Assembly: GCF_001194135.2 (NCBI RefSeq)
Contig: NC_069000.1
Location: 33,708,032-33,772,031, forward strand
Direction of reading: 5' to 3'
From: Octopus bimaculoides
Lineage: Eukaryota
Length of the DNA stretch: 64,000 nucleotides
Below are positions 61,018 to 64,000 of the stretch, one piece after another. The notes beneath the pieces are model-generated. The model did not search any database. It had not been told where the DNA came from and was given only the letters and a program-made list of their open reading frames with translations. A program made the translations under genes and the position numbers. The first letter of the stretch is position 1; each line of letters begins with the position of its first letter.

Positions 61018-61550
61018 TAGGAGTAGTTGTGTGGTAAATAGCTTGCTTACCAACCACATGGTTCCGAGTTCAGTCCCACTGCTTGGCACCTTGGGCAAGT
61101 GACTTCTACTATAGCCTCGGGCCGACCAAAGCCTTGTGAGTGGATTTGGTAGACGGAAACAGAAAGAAGCCCGTCGTATATATNNNNNNNNNNNNNNNNN
61201 NNNNNNNNNNNNNNNNNNNNNNNNNNNNNNNNNNNNNNNNNNNNNNNNNNNNNNNNNNNNNNNNNNNNNNNNNNNNNNNNNNNNNNNNNNNNNNNNNNNN
61301 NNNNNNNNNNNNNNNNNNNNNNNNNNNNNNNNNNNNNNNNNNNNNNNNNNNNNNNNNNNNNNNNNNNNNNNNNNNNNNNNNNNNNNNNNNNNNNNNNNNN
61401 NNNNNNNNNNNNNNNNNNNNNNNNNNNNNNNNNNNNNNNNNNNNNNNNNNNNNNNNNNNNNNNNNNNNNNNNNNNNNNNNNNNNNNNNNNNNNNNNNNNN
61501 NNNNNNNNNNNNNNNNNNNNNNNNNNNNNNNNNNNNNNNNNNNNNNNNNN

Positions 61551-61584
<34 letters not shown>

Positions 61585-61795
61585 TGTGTCTGTGTCCCCC
61601 CCCCACCAACATCGTTTGACAACCGATGCCGGTGTGTTTACGTCCTCGTAACTTAGCGGTTCGGCAAAAGAGACCGATATAATAAGTACTAGGCTTCCAA
61701 AGAATACGTCCTGGGGTCGATTTGCTCGACTAAAGGTGGTGCTCCAGCATGACCATAGTCAAATGACTGAAACAAGTAAAAGAGTAAAAGAGTAA
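61018..61795 (+). mobile_element. SINE family 1 (tRNA-like head, CCTTGGGCAAGT core, internal TA/TG microsatellite, GTAAAAGA tail)
   Basis: Full-length copy with an internal N gap; fragments at about 10990-11187, 42150-42560, 43740-43885, 48225-48360, 51215-51620 and others. Confidence 0.85.
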
Positions 61796-62995
61796 GTGAT
61801 TATATGGCTATTGACAAATTGTAAATAAGGAATTATGAGCACTTACAAGCCCTAAGTGATAAATTATAACCAATAAGTTATAGTACAAGTAATTAATTTT
61901 TTATGCTAAAGACACAAGGCCAGCAATTTTAGGGAGAGGAGCATAGTTGATTACATCAACCTCAGTGCTCAACTGGAGCTTGTTTTTATCGGCCCCGAAA
62001 GAATGAAAGCAAAGTTGACTTCTGTAGAATTTGAACTCACGATCTAAATGCCGCTAAGCAGTTTGTCCGGCATGATATTGATTCTACCAGCTCGCCTTAG
62101 ACAAGTAATTAATAATTGAAATGAATAAGTTACAAAAATGCAAGATTATAAAGGCAAGGTGCAAACACTATGTTATACCATGTTTTCCAGCATACATACA
62201 GTTAGTCGTCACTACCACTCCAAGTCCTGCTACACTTTACATGGAACGTTTGGCCTTTCATAGCCGTCTTGGTGTATAAGTCCACCTATCGATCTATTGG
62301 TTGTACATTTTGGTTTGAAAAATTCGATTTATATGCTGGAAAATGCAGTAATAGCACGTGACCAGTTATAAATGCCAAATTATGAAAAATACATAGTAAT
62401 AGTAATCTTTAGCCAACATCTTACGGGGTTTTAGAAATTGAAAAGTAAACTAAAATGTAACCAGAAGTAATCTCCTTTGTTTATCACACGCCAAAGTAGC
62501 GCCATAACAACTTAGTTATAGACAACAACTGAGAATTTTGACAGTAGATAAGCTGAAACAACAAACTATGACAAACGACAATTGACAAGTTATGACATAT
62601 TAATTGACATATTATAATGACAATTGACAAATTATGTCAACTTAAAATAACAAATAATTTGCTGCAAACGACGAGCTATAGTGGCGATAATTACGTTATT
62701 TAAAACATAACACAAACAATTATTCAATAGTGTATAACATTTATTTGTCTTTCATGAATATATGAAAGGAAACGTGAAGCCCAGTTACATTGACAAAACA
62801 TTACAAAAGAAATTCCATAAAGTAAAAAGTCGACAATGGTCTCTCAATGCTTGTTTAATAATTTCCCGACATCACAGTTAATACAGATTCAAATAAAATG
62901 CTGCTGTTGTTGTGCTTTTTTTAATTTAACCTCACCGTCATCCTTAATTGAATAAACCTAATGATCAAAGGCGTTCCAACAAATTACCTTCTCTT

Positions 62996-63063
<68 letters not shown>

Positions 63064-63646
63064 TAGCAGAAGTAAAAGAGTGGCTTAACGTTTGAGAACT
63101 TCATACTTTGACATTTATCAAAGTTTGATAAGTAACAATGCACGAAACACTCGCACCTTGAATCGCTGTGTTACTTCTGCTAAATATTAATAAAAATATA
63201 CATACACTCATATTCTGAGTTCCATTTTTCCTGTTTTGCATCAACGTACATACATACATACATACATACATGCTGTCCTGACAAAGGGGTGTAATTTGAG
63301 GGTGATTTGCTTGCTATTCCTAGCAGGCTCCTTCACTAGTTCAAGCGAGAGCTGTATTTGTCACTAGTAGTATAATACATATATACAATAACCTCCCTTT
63401 TATCCGACACTCAATACTCAGATTGTCAGAACTCTCAACTCTTTCGACCTCCTCCCCACCTAGAAAAAAAAGAAAATGTCGCGTCAAGAGAATTTGTCCT
63501 AATTTGTGTTAATTAATTAACTGTCATTAAAAGAAAGTTTCTACTATATCTAATATGGATTGTTGCTTTTCAAAGTATAGTACAGTACAATATTTAATTT
63601 TTACTTCATTTACTGTCGCATGTAGTTTATTAGTCTCTTTTTTAAC

Positions 63647-64000
63647 TCTTTTACTCTTTTACTTGTTTCAGTCATTTGACTGCGGCCATGCTGGAGCACC
63701 GCCTTTAGTCGAGCAAATCGACCCCAGGACTTATTATTTGTAAGCCTAGTACTTATTCTATCAGTCTCTTTTGCCGAACCGGTAGGTTATGGGGACATAA
63801 ACACACCAGCATCGTTTGTCAAGCGATGTTGGGGGAACAAACACAGACACACAAACACGCACACATATATATATACATATATATACGACGGGCTTCTTTT
63901 CAGTTTCCGTCTACCAAATCCACTCACAAGGCTTTGGTCGGCCCGAGGCTATAGTAGAAGACACTTGCCCAAGGGGCCACGCAGTGGGACTGAACCCAAA
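63647..64000 (-). mobile_element. SINE family 1 copy running off the window end
   Basis: Reverse complement of the element at 61018-61795. Confidence 0.85.

Noticed and set aside
8047-61651. Long ORFs in the track composed of X runs or VC/YI/TH/IYL repeats
   Set aside because: They are artefacts of N gaps and microsatellites.

Overview
Eukaryotic, AT-rich, repeat-dense draft-assembly window with 13 N-gaps, mostly at microsatellites. The SINE/LINE complement looks like an octopus (cephalopod) genome; this is inferred from repeat families, not shown directly. The ORF track misses the main content: manual splicing reveals a cluster of type-1 cystatin (stefin, cystatin A/B-like) genes with the classic three-exon, phase-0 structure. 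Gene A (minus, join 10174-10251, 7543-7644, 5116-5244; 102 aa), gene B (plus, join 20879-20962, 26071-26175, 30360-30509; 112 aa) and gene C (minus, join 50020-50091, 41796-41897, 40707-40826; 97 aa) are open. A fourth copy, D (exon 2 at 1588-1689), has a premature stop and no visible exon 1. Only C keeps the canonical QxVxG inhibitory loop (QLVSG). A has EIVNG, B has EIMCG and D has QEVKR, and the N-terminal trunk and second hairpin loop also differ. Introns and flanks still align, while exon differences are mostly amino-acid replacing. The rest is transposon debris (Dong/R4-like LINEs at TAA repeats, L1/Tx1, RTE, HERO-like, Penelope-like, Mariner, Tigger/pogo, Helitron, two solo LTRs, a MITE, several SINE families), microsatellites and several inverted repeats.
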